The notes beneath the pieces were generated by a model, which was not told the origin of the DNA, ran no database searches, and saw nothing but the letters and a program-made list of their open reading frames with translations. Positions 11,084 through 22,992 of a DNA stretch of 64,000 nt are shown here, in pieces. This DNA comes from an uncultured Rivularia sp. (GTDB lineage: Bacteria; Cyanobacteriota; Cyanobacteriia; Cyanobacteriales; Nostocaceae), in contig OY762007.1 of the NCBI GenBank assembly GCA_963665115.1, forward strand, positions 6,592,001-6,656,000. Reading direction: 5' to 3'. The translations under genes and the position numbers were made by a program. Numbering within the stretch: position 1 is the stretch's first letter; each line of letters starts with the position of its first letter.

Positions 11084-13333
11084 ATGAAAAAAATAGCCAT
11101 AATCCTTTGTACGGCACTAGCTTTAACATCCTGTGGGTTAAAAAATCAATATTCAACTTTCAAACAAAAAGCTGAAATTGCTGAAAAGATGACAGAATGG
11201 TGTGAGAAAAAATCAACTTTAGCCGAAGAAAGAAGAATTACGGTTGAAGCTTTATTAGAAGAAGCGGGTACAAATGATTGTCAAAAGGCTGGCGAAAGAC
11301 TTAGTAATTTGGAAAAAATTTATCTATCACAAAGTAATATCAGCGATTTAGTACCTGTTGCTGATTTAACTAATTTAACTGGACTTGACCTTGAAGATAA
11401 TAATATCAGCGATTTGACACAGCTTTCTAATTTAACTAATTTAATTGCTCTTAAGCTCGGTGGAAATAATATCAGCAATCTAGCACCAATTTCCAATTTA
11501 ACTAATTTAACTGAGCTTAGTCTCGGAGGAAATCAAATTAGCGATTTAAAACCACTTTCAAAATTAGTTAATTTGGCTCGACTCGAACTTGATAGCAGTC
11601 AAATCGACGATGTAGTTCCACTCAGTTCTTTTAAAGAGTTAAGATATTTGAGTTTAAAGTCTAATAATATCAGCGATATCCAACCGCTAGCTGATTTAAC
11701 TAACTTAGAGAAACTTCGGCTTGATCGCAATAAAATAACCGATATCAAACCACTGACAAAGTTAGCTAATTTGACTGAGCTTACGCTTTGGGGAAATGAA
11801 ATATCTGATATCACACCGCTGACAAAATTAACTAATTTGAAAGAATTTAAAATTCCCCCTCAAAGTTTTTTCTGGTGGTGCGAGCAAAAAGCAATCTTAC
11901 CCAAAAAAACAAAGCATACAGTAGAGGTTTTATTAAAAGAAGCAGGTTCCCAAGATTGTCAAAAGGCTAATCAAAAACTGAGTAGTTTGACTGAAATTAA
12001 TCTTTATGACAAAGGAATTAGCGATTTACAACCGATCGCAAAGTTAACTAATTTGACCTATATTTACCTTTTGGGCAATAACATCAGCGATTTAAAACCG
12101 CTATCTTCTTTAAGCAATTTGACTCATCTTACCCTCAGTTTTAATCCAATTAAAGACTTAAAACCGCTTGCTGATTTAACTAATTTAAGCGAACTTATCC
12201 TTAGTCACAATCAAATTGAGGATCTAAAGACGCTCTCTTCTTTGAATAATCTGATTAGTCTTTCTATTACTAATAATCCAATAAAAAATCTACAACCACT
12301 TTCAAAGTTAACTAATTTAACTGAGCTTTATCTTTATGATAATCAAATTAGTGATCTAAAACCACTTTCAAAATTAACTAATTTAACTAGTCTTTTTCTT
12401 AGTCGTAATAAAATTAAGGATATCAAACCGCTTTCAAAATTAACTAATTTAAATACGCTTTACCTTAGCGATAATCAGATTAAGGATATTAAACCGCTTT
12501 TAAGCTTAACTAATTTGAATAATCTTTATATTGATAGTAATCAAATTCAGGATATTAAACCGCTTTCGACCTTAACCAGTTTAACCTCGATTAAACTTAG
12601 TAGTAATCGAATCAGTGACTTTAAACCGCTTTCAAATTTAACTAGTTTAACTTGGCTTGACGTTAGTCAAAGTCAGATAAGCGATTTAAAACCGCTTTCA
12701 ACATTAAATAATTTAGCTTGGCTTAACCTCAGTAGAAATCCAATCAGCGACTTAAAACCGCTTTCAAAGTTAACTAATTTAGGCAGCCTTTATTTGAATA
12801 AAAACCGAATTAGTGATTTAAAACCGCTCTCAAATTTAACTAGTTTAAAAGCGCTTGAGCTTGATGAAAACCAAATTAACGACTTAAAACCCGTTTCAAC
12901 GTTAACCAATTTAACTAGGCTTTACGCTGGGAAAAATAAAATTAGCGACCTCAAACCACTTTCAAAGTTAACTAATTTATCTAAGCTTGCTCTCTATCAA
13001 AATAAAATTAGTGACTTAAAACCGCTTTCAAAGTTAACTAATTTGACTGAGCTTTACCTTGAAGCAAATAAAATTAGTAATTTAGAACCGCTTTCAACAT
13101 TAACTAATTTAACTCTACTTAAAGTTAGTCAAAATCAAATTAACGACGTAACACCGCTTTCTGATTTAACAAATTTTACCCAGCTTGACCTTAGTCAAAA
13201 CAAAATCAGTGACCAGCAACCGCTTTCAAACTTAACTAAGTTAGATGATAGAGGTCTTAATCTTTTGGAAAATCCGCTCACTAATAAAACCTGTCCTGTA
13301 AAGCGAAAGTCTGCATGCTTTCTTTTAAATTGA
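11084..13333 (+). CDS. Internalin-like LRR lipoprotein, two-module
   Basis: Lipobox LALTSC; second internal N-cap FFWWCEQK...DCQKAN; C-cap NPL..KTCP.....AC. ATG at 11081 or 11084. Confidence 0.9.
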   Translation: MKKIAIILCTALALTSCGLKNQYSTFKQKAEIAEKMTEWCEKKSTLAEERRITVEALLEEAGTNDCQKAGERLSNLEKIYLSQSNISDLVPVADLTNLTGLDLEDNNISDLTQLSNLTNLIALKLGGNNISNLAPISNLTNLTELSLGGNQISDLKPLSKLVNLARLELDSSQIDDVVPLSSFKELRYLSLKSNNISDIQPLADLTNLEKLRLDRNKITDIKPLTKLANLTELTLWGNEISDITPLTKLTNLKEFKIPPQSFFWWCEQKAILPKKTKHTVEVLLKEAGSQDCQKANQKLSSLTEINLYDKGISDLQPIAKLTNLTYIYLLGNNISDLKPLSSLSNLTHLTLSFNPIKDLKPLADLTNLSELILSHNQIEDLKTLSSLNNLISLSITNNPIKNLQPLSKLTNLTELYLYDNQISDLKPLSKLTNLTSLFLSRNKIKDIKPLSKLTNLNTLYLSDNQIKDIKPLLSLTNLNNLYIDSNQIQDIKPLSTLTSLTSIKLSSNRISDFKPLSNLTSLTWLDVSQSQISDLKPLSTLNNLAWLNLSRNPISDLKPLSKLTNLGSLYLNKNRISDLKPLSNLTSLKALELDENQINDLKPVSTLTNLTRLYAGKNKISDLKPLSKLTNLSKLALYQNKISDLKPLSKLTNLTELYLEANKISNLEPLSTLTNLTLLKVSQNQINDVTPLSDLTNFTQLDLSQNKISDQQPLSNLTKLDDRGLNLLENPLTNKTCPVKRKSACFLLN

Positions 13334-13355
13334 TAATAATAAGGAAACTTAAAAA

Positions 13356-14321
13356 ATGAAATTAATTGCATTGTTTTTAACAACACTAACTTTAACAAGC
13401 TGTACTTTAGGAATTTCTCAGCAGAATCAATCTTATAAAACCTTTACTGAATGGTGCGAGAATAAATTAAGTTTATCTTGGGGAGCTAAACATACAGTCG
13501 ATGTTTTATTAAAAGAAGTGGGTACTAAGGATTGTCAGGAAGCAAATCGAAGACTAAGTAATTTAGAAGACCTTTCATTAGGTAGAAAAAGAATTAGTAA
13601 TCTACAACCACTTTCAACTTTAACTAATCTAAATTCTCTTATACTCAATGATAATAATATTAACGATATCAAACCGCTTTCCAAGTTAACAAATTTAGAT
13701 TGGCTTAGCCTTGGTAATAATCAAATCAAAGATATAAAACCGCTGGCAAAATTGACTAAATTGAGAAATCTTCATCTTCAAAGAAATGAAATTGTTAATA
13801 TCAAACCTCTGGAAAATTTAGATAAACTTGAATCTGTCTTTCTTGGAAACAATCAAATTACTGATACTCAGCCTCCTGTAAAGTTAACTAGTCCTAATTT
13901 AAGATTTCTCTCACTTCATAGAAATAAAATTAGCAATTTGAGCTTTGTGTCCGAATTAAAGAATTTAAGTTCCCTTCATCTTGATTCAAATCAAATCAGC
14001 GACCTCAAACCGCTGCAAAACCTAACTAATTTGACTAATCTTGACCTCAAGGATAATAAAATTTTTAATTTAAGACCGCTTTCTGATTTATCTAATTTAA
14101 CCGAACTTAAACTTAGTCAAAATGAAATTAGCGACCTTAAACCGCTTTCTGATTTAAATAACTTGAATAGACTAAGACTTAACCAAAACGAAATTAGCGA
14201 CCTCAAACCGCTTTCTAATTTAAATAATTTGACCTTAATTGAGCTTGGTCAAAATCCTATCGAGGATAAAACTTGTCCGGTAAAGTTAGCTTCTGTATGT
14301 TATTTTCCAAATGAGAATTAA
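13356..14321 (+). CDS. Internalin-like LRR lipoprotein
   Basis: Lipobox LTLTSC, N-cap, LRRs, C-cap NPIEDKTCPVKLASVC. Confidence 0.9.
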   Translation: MKLIALFLTTLTLTSCTLGISQQNQSYKTFTEWCENKLSLSWGAKHTVDVLLKEVGTKDCQEANRRLSNLEDLSLGRKRISNLQPLSTLTNLNSLILNDNNINDIKPLSKLTNLDWLSLGNNQIKDIKPLAKLTKLRNLHLQRNEIVNIKPLENLDKLESVFLGNNQITDTQPPVKLTSPNLRFLSLHRNKISNLSFVSELKNLSSLHLDSNQISDLKPLQNLTNLTNLDLKDNKIFNLRPLSDLSNLTELKLSQNEISDLKPLSDLNNLNRLRLNQNEISDLKPLSNLNNLTLIELGQNPIEDKTCPVKLASVCYFPNEN

Positions 14322-14414
14322 AATTACGAGTTTGCTTTTTTAGAGATGAAAGGAGTCAGTCAAACATAATTAATAAATCAACTGGCTTTAATAAATTAAA
14401 ATTACATTAATAAA

Positions 14415-15881
14415 ATGAAAAAAATAGCCATAATCCTTTGTACGCTACTAACATTAACAGCCTGTACGCAAAAAAAACAACCTGCAAATTCTCTTAATGA
14501 AAAAGCTGAAATTGTCAAGAAAATAATAGAATGGTGCGAGAAAAAATCTACTTTAGCCGAAGAAACAAGGATTACGGTAGACGCATTATTGGAAAGAGCG
14601 GGTACAGATGATTGTAAAACAGCCGGTTACAGACTTCGTAATATAACTAAGCTTTACCTATCACAGAATAACATCAGCGATTTAGAGCCAATTTCTGATT
14701 TAACACATTTAACCCATCTTTACCTATCAGAAAACAATATCAGCAATCTAGAGCCAATTTCTAACTTAACTAATTTAAGTGAGCTTGATTTATCAGAAAA
14801 TAATATCAGCAATCTAAAAGCACTTTCTAACTTAACTAATTTAAGTGAGCTTGATTTATCAGAAAATAATATCAGCAATCTAAAAGCACTTTCTAACTTA
14901 ACTAATTTAACCGAGCTTAATTTATCGGAAAACAATATTAGCAATTTACAACTGCTTTCAAAGTTAGCTAATTTGGTTCAACTCAAGCTTGACAGAAATC
15001 AAATTGAAGAGATACAACCGCTAGCTGATTTAACTAGCTTAAAACAACTTCAACTCGATGATAATAAAATCACCGATATTAAACCGCTCTCTACCTTAAC
15101 TAATTTGAAAGTAATTACGCTTTATGAAAATAAAATTACCGACACAAAACCGCTTTCAAGCTTAACTAATCTCACCGAACTGGAAATTCCCGCTCAAAAT
15201 TTTATCTGGTGGTGCGAGCAACAAGCAACCTTACCCAAGCGAACAAAGCATACAGTTGAGCTTTTATTAAGAGAAGCAGGTACCCAAGATTGCAAAAAAG
15301 CCAATCAAAAAATAAGTAGTTTGACCAAACTTAGGCTTTATAACAAGAAAATTAGCGATTTACAACCGCTTTCATCATTCAGTAATTTAATTAACCTAGA
15401 CCTTGATAATAATCTAATTAGTAATTTAAAACCTCTTGCTGGTTTAACTAATTTGACTATACTAGACCTTAACAATAATCGAATTAGTGATTTAAAACCT
15501 CTTGCTGGTTTAAATAAACTGACTGAGCTAAATATTGAGATTAATCGAATTAGTAACCTAAAACCTCTTACTAATTTAACTAATTTGACTAAACTTGAAC
15601 TTTGGCGAAATAGAATAAGTAACGTAAAACCACTTGCTAATTTAACAAATTTAACTGACCTAGACCTTTCAGCCAATAGAATAAGCGATGTCAAACCGCT
15701 TGTTAATTTAAAAAATTTAACTGGTCTAGGTCTTTCTTACAATAAAATCAGCGATATAAAACCGCTTTCTTCTTTAACTAATTTAACCAAAAGTTCTTCA
15801 TTTCGCGGACTAAATCTTACTGGAAATCCTATTGAGAACAAAATCTGTCCTGTAAAACCAGATGATATATGCCGGTTTTAA
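14415..15881 (+). CDS. Internalin-like LRR lipoprotein, two-module
   Basis: Lipobox LTLTAC; internal second N-cap; exact 66-bp unit duplication at about 14759-14890; C-cap NPIENKICPVKPDDIC. Confidence 0.9.
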   Translation: MKKIAIILCTLLTLTACTQKKQPANSLNEKAEIVKKIIEWCEKKSTLAEETRITVDALLERAGTDDCKTAGYRLRNITKLYLSQNNISDLEPISDLTHLTHLYLSENNISNLEPISNLTNLSELDLSENNISNLKALSNLTNLSELDLSENNISNLKALSNLTNLTELNLSENNISNLQLLSKLANLVQLKLDRNQIEEIQPLADLTSLKQLQLDDNKITDIKPLSTLTNLKVITLYENKITDTKPLSSLTNLTELEIPAQNFIWWCEQQATLPKRTKHTVELLLREAGTQDCKKANQKISSLTKLRLYNKKISDLQPLSSFSNLINLDLDNNLISNLKPLAGLTNLTILDLNNNRISDLKPLAGLNKLTELNIEINRISNLKPLTNLTNLTKLELWRNRISNVKPLANLTNLTDLDLSANRISDVKPLVNLKNLTGLGLSYNKISDIKPLSSLTNLTKSSSFRGLNLTGNPIENKICPVKPDDICRF

Positions 15882-16007
15882 TCAGTAACACCATAGATTG
15901 AATAGCTGCTGCTGAAAACTCAAACGACAAAGCTTTTAAACTATGCTATCAATTTAATATTTGATATTTAAGCTAGCAATTAAAAATAATATTACTTAGA
16001 TAAAATA

Positions 16008-17386
16008 ATGAGAAAATTTTTAATAATTATACTTGCAGCAATAACTTTAACATCCTGTACCCAAAACAAAAAACAAGTTGAAAAATTTACTCAGTTGTGT
16101 CTGGAAAAATCGACTTTACCCGAACAAAGCAAATATACAGTAGAAGCGTTATTAGAAAGAGCAGGTACTCAAGATTGCATAAAAGCCAATCGAAAACTTA
16201 GCAGTCTGACCGAGCTTGACCTTAGAGGACACAATATCAGCAATCTAGAACCACTTTCTGAGTTAATCAATTTAACCGAACTCAACCTTTCAGAAAACAA
16301 CATTAGCAACTTAACACCGATTTCAAAACTAACTAATTTGGTTCAACTTCGACTCGATCAAAATAAAATTAATGATTTAACAATACTGGCTTCTTTAAAC
16401 AAATTAAAATCTTTGAGATTAGCATCTAATAATATCACCGATATCAAACCACTATCTTCACTAATTAATTTAGAATCGCTTAGCCTTGCTGATAACCAAA
16501 TCGAAAACCTACAACCGCTAGCTGATTTAACCAACTTAAAACAACTTCGACTCGATGATAATAAAATCACCGACATCAAACCGCTCTCTAACTTAAATTC
16601 TTTGACAGTAATTGCGCTTTATGGAAATCAAATAAATGACCTAAAACCACTGTTTTGGGAAAATCAAATCGGCGATCTAAAACCACTATCAAAATCAACT
16701 AATTTTACCGAACTTAAAATTCCCACTCAAAGTTTTATCTGGTGGTGCGAGCAAAAACCAACCTTACCCAAACAAACACAGTATACAGTTGAGGTTTTAT
16801 TAGGAGAAGCGGGTACCCAAGATTGCAAAAAAGCTAATCAAAAATTGAGTAGTTTGACTAAACTTATCATTTACGACGATAAAATTAGTGATTTACAACC
16901 GTTTTCTACATTCACTAACTTGACCGATCTTATCCTTACGTCTAATCAAATCAGCGACATCAAACCGCTTTCTGGTTTAACAAATTTAACTAACCTTATA
17001 ATCAAATAAGTAATTTGATACCGCTTGCTAATTTAACTGAGTTAACTCAGCTTCAGCTTCAAGATAATCAAATAAATGATTTAAAACCACTTGCTAATTT
17101 AACTGAGTTAACTCAGCTTGACCTTGGTGATAATCAAATAAGTGACTTGAAACCACTTGCTAATTTAACTGAGTTAACTCGGCTTGAGCTTGAAGATAAT
17201 CAAATAAGTGACATAAAACCGCTTTCTTCTTTGACAGAATTAACATCTCTTTACCTTCATAATAATCAAATAAGTGATATAAAACCGCTTTCTTCTTTGA
17301 CTAACTTACGTAGCACTTTATTATTAGGAAATAAAATATTTAATAAAGTTTGTCCATTAAAACCAGAATCTAAATGCCACTTTTAG
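16008..17386 (+). pseudogene. Internalin-like LRR lipoprotein split by a frameshifting deletion near 17000
   Basis: ...ACT AAC CTT ATA ATC AAA TAA stops, while another frame continues AAT CAA ATA AGT AAT TTG ATA CCG (NQISNLIP) through LRRs to the C-cap CPLKPESKC. Confidence 0.8.
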
Positions 17387-17489
17387 GCATTACTTAAAAT
17401 ACTCAAACAGCTAATATGCTGTAAATCTCCGATTTAATATGGACTTATAAAAAATATATTAGCTCTAACTACATAGATAAAAGAATAAA

Positions 17490-18458
17490 ATGAAAAAAAT
17501 AATCATATCACTTTGCACTATACTTGCTTTAACAGCTTGCAAGCACAATCAAAAGCCTGCTAAAAATTTTACTCAATGGTGCCAGGAAAAATCTACATTA
17601 CCACAACAAACGAAATATACAGTTAAACTGTTATTAAAAGAAGCAGGTACTCAAAATTGCGAAGATGCTAACCGAGAACTTAGTGAATCGAATTTCCTTA
17701 ACTTTACTGAAAACGGAATTAGCGACTTAGAGCCGCTTAGCTCTTTAACCCATTTGACTTCCCTTAATATTAACGGAAGCAAAATCAGCAATTTAGAACC
17801 GCTTAGTTCCTTAACTAACTTGACTTCTCTTAGTATTTATGAAAGTAAAATCAGCAATTTAGAACCACTTTCAAAGTTAAGAAACTTAATTTCCCTTGCT
17901 ATTAGTGGAAACAAAATCAGCAATTTGGAACCACTTTCAAATTTAACTAATCTGACTTCCCTTAGTATTAGTGGAAACAAAATCAGTAACTTACAACCAC
18001 TTTTAGAGTTAACAAATTTGACCGAACTTTACCTTAAAGATAATAAAATCAGCGTTCTAAAACCCCTTGCTGGATTAACCAATTTGACTAAACTTTACCT
18101 TGTAAATAATAAAATCAGTAACTTACAACCACTTTCAGAGTTAACAAATTTGACCGAACTTTACCTTGGAGACAACAAAATCACTAATTTACAACCGCTC
18201 TCAAAGTTGACAAACTTGAAGAAACTAGGGCTTGCAAATAATTTTATCAGCGACATAAAACCGCTTGCTAATTTATCCAATTTAACTAACCTAGACCTTT
18301 CTTCTAATAAAATCAGCGATGTCAAACCGCTTTCTTCTTTAACTAATTTAACTAAATCAACAAACTTTAATTCATTTGGACTAAATCTTGATAGAAATCC
18401 TATCGAGAACAAAATCTGTCCTGTAAAGCCAGATGATATATGCAGTTTTAAAAATTAA
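17490..18458 (+). CDS. Internalin-like LRR lipoprotein
   Basis: Lipobox LALTAC, N-cap, LRRs; C-cap nearly identical to that of the 14415 gene. Confidence 0.9.
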   Translation: MKKIIISLCTILALTACKHNQKPAKNFTQWCQEKSTLPQQTKYTVKLLLKEAGTQNCEDANRELSESNFLNFTENGISDLEPLSSLTHLTSLNINGSKISNLEPLSSLTNLTSLSIYESKISNLEPLSKLRNLISLAISGNKISNLEPLSNLTNLTSLSISGNKISNLQPLLELTNLTELYLKDNKISVLKPLAGLTNLTKLYLVNNKISNLQPLSELTNLTELYLGDNKITNLQPLSKLTNLKKLGLANNFISDIKPLANLSNLTNLDLSSNKISDVKPLSSLTNLTKSTNFNSFGLNLDRNPIENKICPVKPDDICSFKN

Positions 18459-18623
18459 TACCATAAATAAAATATACGGTTTTAACTTGGGTGCAATTCA
18501 AATCGACTTCACCCTCGTTCCCTTTGCCTTCATATCGGCTATGGTGTACACAACAGTTAAGGTTTTTCCAACATTGATTATTTGCGATCGCGATGGTGGT
18601 GAATTTAAGCTCGATTTTAATCG

Positions 18624-18662
18624 TGTCACCGCATCTTCGACGTTGCGGTGACATTTTTTTTT
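18624..18662 (+). terminator. Intrinsic terminator-like hairpin
   Basis: TGTCACCGCA-tcttcgacgt-TGCGGTGACA followed by a T-run; related hairpin at 21119-21146; right half only at 23243-23276. Confidence 0.65.
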
Positions 18663-18800
18663 GCAATAAACCCTTGCCTATATCCACCACCGAATCTGCA
18701 ATCCAATTAAATTTATAATGTAAAAATTCAGTAATTTTAGTCATTTCAATGTATTAAATATTAGCTATAAATGAACTAAATAATTTTTTTTGCTTAAAAT

Positions 18801-20280
18801 ATGAAAATAATTAAAGCTTCTTTTTGTACTGTATTATCCTTCGCAGCATTATTACAAACTACAAAAGCTATTGCAGCACCTCTCAAAACTTTTACAGAAT
18901 ACTGTCAGCAAAAATCAACGTTACCTAAAGAAACCAAACATACCGTTGAAGTGTTGTTAAAAGAAGCCGATATTCAAAATTGTCAGCAAGCGAATCGCAA
19001 ATTAACGAGTTTGACTGAGATAGACCCTTCTAGATAATAAAATCAGCGATTTAAAACCGCTTGCTAGTTTAACTAATTTGACCAAGCTTAACCTTGTAAG
19101 AAATCAGATAAGAGACTTAAAACCGCTTTCAACCTTAACTAATTTAAATCAGCTTTACCTTTCTAATAATCAAATCAGCGACATCAAACCTCTCTCAACC
19201 TTAACCAATTTAGAGCGACTTTTTCTTTCTGGTAATCAAATCAGCGACATCAAACCTCTCTCAACCTTAACCAATTTAGAGGGACTTGTTCTTAATGAAA
19301 ACAAAATCAGCCACATCAAACCACTCTCAAACTTAACTAATTTAGAATATATTTTACTTCATCAAAATAAAATAAGTGACATCAAACCGCTTTCAAACTT
19401 AACTAATTTGACCGAACTTTACCTTGACGGAATTCAAATAAGTGATATCAAACCACTCTCAAACTTAACTAATTTGACTAGTCTTGCCCTTGGCGAAACT
19501 CAAATAAGTGACATCAAACCCCTCGTAAAGTTAACTAAATTAAATAATCTTTCTCTTGCAATTAATCAAATCAGCGACTTAAAACCGATTTCAAGCTTAA
19601 TTAATTTGGAATCGATTAAACTCTCCGGAAATCAAATCAGTGACTTAAAACCGATTTCAACTTTAACTAATTTAAAATTTATTCATGTGAATGGAACTTC
19701 AGTTAGTGACTTAAAACCACTATCAAATTTAGCTAATTTAGAATATATTTCACTTAATCAAAATAAAATAAGTGACATCAAGCCACTTTCAAAATTAACT
19801 AATTTAGAAGGAATTCAACTTAATAAAAACCAGATTAGTAACATCAAACCGCTGTCAAATTTAACTAATTTGGCTCGTCTTTCACTAAGCCAAAATAAAA
19901 TTAGTGATTTAAAACCGCTCTCAACTTTAACCAATCTATATATTATTCAACTCAGCCAAAACCAGATTAGTAACTTAAAACCGCTTTCCAGCTTAAAAAA
20001 CTCAACCAGAATTTTCCTTACTGGTAATAAAATTAGCGACCTAAAGCCACTTTCAAAATTAAATAGCTTGACTATTCTTAGTCTTGATAGCAATCAAATA
20101 AGCGACGTTAAACCGCTATCTTCTTTAAGAAATTTAGCATATCTTAATTTGGATAAAAATAAAATTAGCGACATCAAACCACTGTCTAACTTAACTAATT
20201 TGACCGATCTTAATCTTAAGGATAATCACATTGAGGATAAAACTTGTCCCATACAGCAAAAATCTGTTTGCAAATTTTAG
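18801..20280 (+). pseudogene. Secreted internalin-like LRR protein with a +1 frameshift at 19025-19027
   Basis: GAG ATA GAC C CTT CTA GAT AAT AAA ATC AGC: removing one C restores EIDLLDNKIS and a single 492-aa ORF with a signal peptide (KAIAAP) and C-cap. Confidence 0.8.
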
Positions 20281-20502
20281 TTATTTATCCTTAAGCTTTC
20301 TTATCGCGATATCTAATAAAATATTTGCTCGATTGCAGATATATTTTTTATTCGGTTTTTACGTGATTTTGTTTATTAACTGCAAATCGCGAGTCTAGTT
20401 TGTTGTAGATGCGTTCAGCTATGCTGCCAAGCTTGCCCTATGTTTTGATGCTGTGCCTTAAGCGATCGCCGTATTATGGTACTTCCTTAACTATCCCCAC
20501 AT

Positions 20503-21075
20503 CAAATCAGCGATTTAAAGCCGCTTGCTAATTTAACTAATTTGACTTCTCTTAGTCTTTCAGAAAACCAAATAAGCAATGTCAGAGCGCTTGCTAATTT
20601 AACTAATTTGACTTCTCTTAGTCTTTCAGGAAATCGAATAAGTGACGTAAAATTGCTTTCTAGTTTAACCAATTTAAATTTTCTCAACCTTCCCTATAAT
20701 CGAATAGTTGATGTTAAACCGCTTGCTAATTTAACTAATTTGACTAGGCTTAACCTGATTGAAAATAAAATCAGCGACATAAAATCGCTTTCTTCAATGA
20801 CCAACTTGACTTGGCTTAACCTTAGCGAAAATAAAATAACCGATATCAAACCACTTTCTAATTTAACCAATTTGAGTCAGCTTTACCTGAAAAAAAATAA
20901 AATAAGTGACGTAAATTCCCTGAAAAACCTAACTAAGCTAAGTTTCCTTTCTCTTGATTTCGATGAAGTCAACGATTTAAAACCACTTTTTCATTTGAAA
21001 TTAGTGGATCTTTCAAGTAAGCAAGCCAAGTTTTTCACTTGTAACTTATTTGCTCCTGCTAATTGCGGATTTTAG
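20503..21075 (+). pseudogene. LRR gene remnant lacking its 5' end
   Basis: The LRR frame (QISDLKPLANL...) starts directly after a truncated copy of the upstream element; no signal peptide or N-cap. Confidence 0.8.
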
Positions 21076-21415
21076 TTACTACGATGTAGAAATAATAAGC
21101 ATTAAGACGACAGATAGTGTCACCGCAATATCAATATTACGGTGACTAATTATTTCTAGGTTTGGAATTGGTTACAATATGCTTTATTTATGTGGTGTTC
21201 AGCTATGCTACCTAAGCTCGCCTTCGATCAACTGCTGTAATTAAATCAACAATTGTAAGGCGATCGCCCTATTATCATACTTCCTTAACTATCCCTACAT
21301 CAAATCTTTAATCAAATCTTGTTAATACCTTACGAAATTAACTTCATGTGTTATGAAGTATGTATTCGGCTGGTCATACAGCATTAAATATCACTATTTG
21401 ATAAGTAGTAATACT

Positions 21416-22645
21416 ATGAAAAAGATAATCGCATCCCTTTGCACTATACTTGCTCTGAATCATGCCAAAGCTATCGCAACACCATTACATAAACAAGATA
21501 GTGTAAAAAGTTTTACAGAATACTGTCAACAAAAATCTACGCTACCAAAAGCAACGAAGCATACCGTTGAAGTGCTGTTAAAAGAAGCTGCTACTCAAGA
21601 TTGTCAGCAAGCGAACCGGAAACTTAGGAGTTTGACAGAACTGAATTTAAAAGAGAAGCAAATAAGTGACCTAAAACCGCTTTCAACCTTAACTAATCTG
21701 ATTAAACTTAACCTTATTAGTAATCAAATAAGTGACATCACACCGCTTTCTTCTTTAACTAATTTGACCAAGCTTAACCTGGGGGGAAATCAAATCAGTG
21801 ACCTAACATCGCTCTCAAAATTAACTAAATTGAATCTGCTTTACCTTTGGGCAAATAGAATCAGTGATATCACACCGCTTTCTTATCTAACTAATTTAAC
21901 TCTACTTAGCCTTGGGGGAAATCAAATAAACGACATCACACCGCTTTCTTCTCTAACTAATTTAACTCTACTTAGCCTTCGGGATAATCAAATCAGTGAA
22001 TTAAAACCGCTCTCTTCGTTAATTAATTTAAAGCAGCTTGAACTTTTAGGAAACCAGATAGAGGAATTAAAACCGCTCTCTTCGTTAACTAATTTAAACT
22101 GGCTTCATCTCAGTTTCAATAGAATCAGCGAATTAAAGCCACTCTCTTCGTTAACTTCTTTAAAGCGACTTAGCCTTAGACAAAACAAGATTAGTAATAT
22201 CAAACCGCTCTCAACACTAACTAATTTAACTAATCTAGAGCTTACCCGAAACCCAATTAGTGACTTAAAACCGCTCTCTTCGTTAACTAATTTGACCCAT
22301 CTTTTCCTTGTTAATAATCAAATCAGCGAGGTTAAACAGTTATCTTCTTTAACTAATTTAAAATTCCTTGCTTTGAATAAAAATCAAATTAGCAACGTAC
22401 AACCACTTTCTAACTTAACTAAATTATCAATACTCCATATTAATGAAAATAAGATAAGTGATGTCAAACCACTTTCTGTGCTTAATAACTTAACTGGGCT
22501 TTCCATTAGGAAAAATCAGATCGACAACCTACAACAGTTTTCTGATTTCACTAATTTAAACTGGCTTTACTTACAGGATAATCCTATCCGCAATAAAACT
22601 TGTCCCATACACTTAAAATCTGTATGTTACTTAGATCCGTACTAA
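21416..22645 (+). CDS. Secreted internalin-like LRR protein
   Basis: MKKIIASLCTILALNHAKAIA signal without a lipobox, N-cap, LRRs, C-cap NPIRNKTCPIHLKSVC. Confidence 0.9.
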   Translation: MKKIIASLCTILALNHAKAIATPLHKQDSVKSFTEYCQQKSTLPKATKHTVEVLLKEAATQDCQQANRKLRSLTELNLKEKQISDLKPLSTLTNLIKLNLISNQISDITPLSSLTNLTKLNLGGNQISDLTSLSKLTKLNLLYLWANRISDITPLSYLTNLTLLSLGGNQINDITPLSSLTNLTLLSLRDNQISELKPLSSLINLKQLELLGNQIEELKPLSSLTNLNWLHLSFNRISELKPLSSLTSLKRLSLRQNKISNIKPLSTLTNLTNLELTRNPISDLKPLSSLTNLTHLFLVNNQISEVKQLSSLTNLKFLALNKNQISNVQPLSNLTKLSILHINENKISDVKPLSVLNNLTGLSIRKNQIDNLQQFSDFTNLNWLYLQDNPIRNKTCPIHLKSVCYLDPY

Positions 22646-22992
22646 AATCTCTTAGCAAGATTTTTAGATTGCTCTACCGGAGGCGATCGCCCACTTTAAA
22701 ACACATGAATCAAGTTTACCGATAAGCTTTTCATGGTGAACGACTATATCTAATCGCAACAAAGCTATTTAATTTCCTTCATAGTATTTTGATAGAAAAG
22801 CTAATTTTAACTAAGTTTTGCGCCATTGAAAATATAGTTGCAGTGCTTGCCTATTGCTCTATGATTTATTTTTCCTTAATATCCCCACATCAAATCTTTA
22901 ATCAAACCCAGTTGATACCTTACGAAATCAATATTGTATGTTATGAAGTATGTATTAGATTAAAAAAAAACTGTCACCTTTATAACTTTAAT

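Noticed and set aside
18448..18744. 98-aa minus-strand ORF between LRR genes
   Set aside because: It crosses a terminator hairpin and has no recognisable family; similarity at 23243-23360 is explained by duplication of the flanking DNA.
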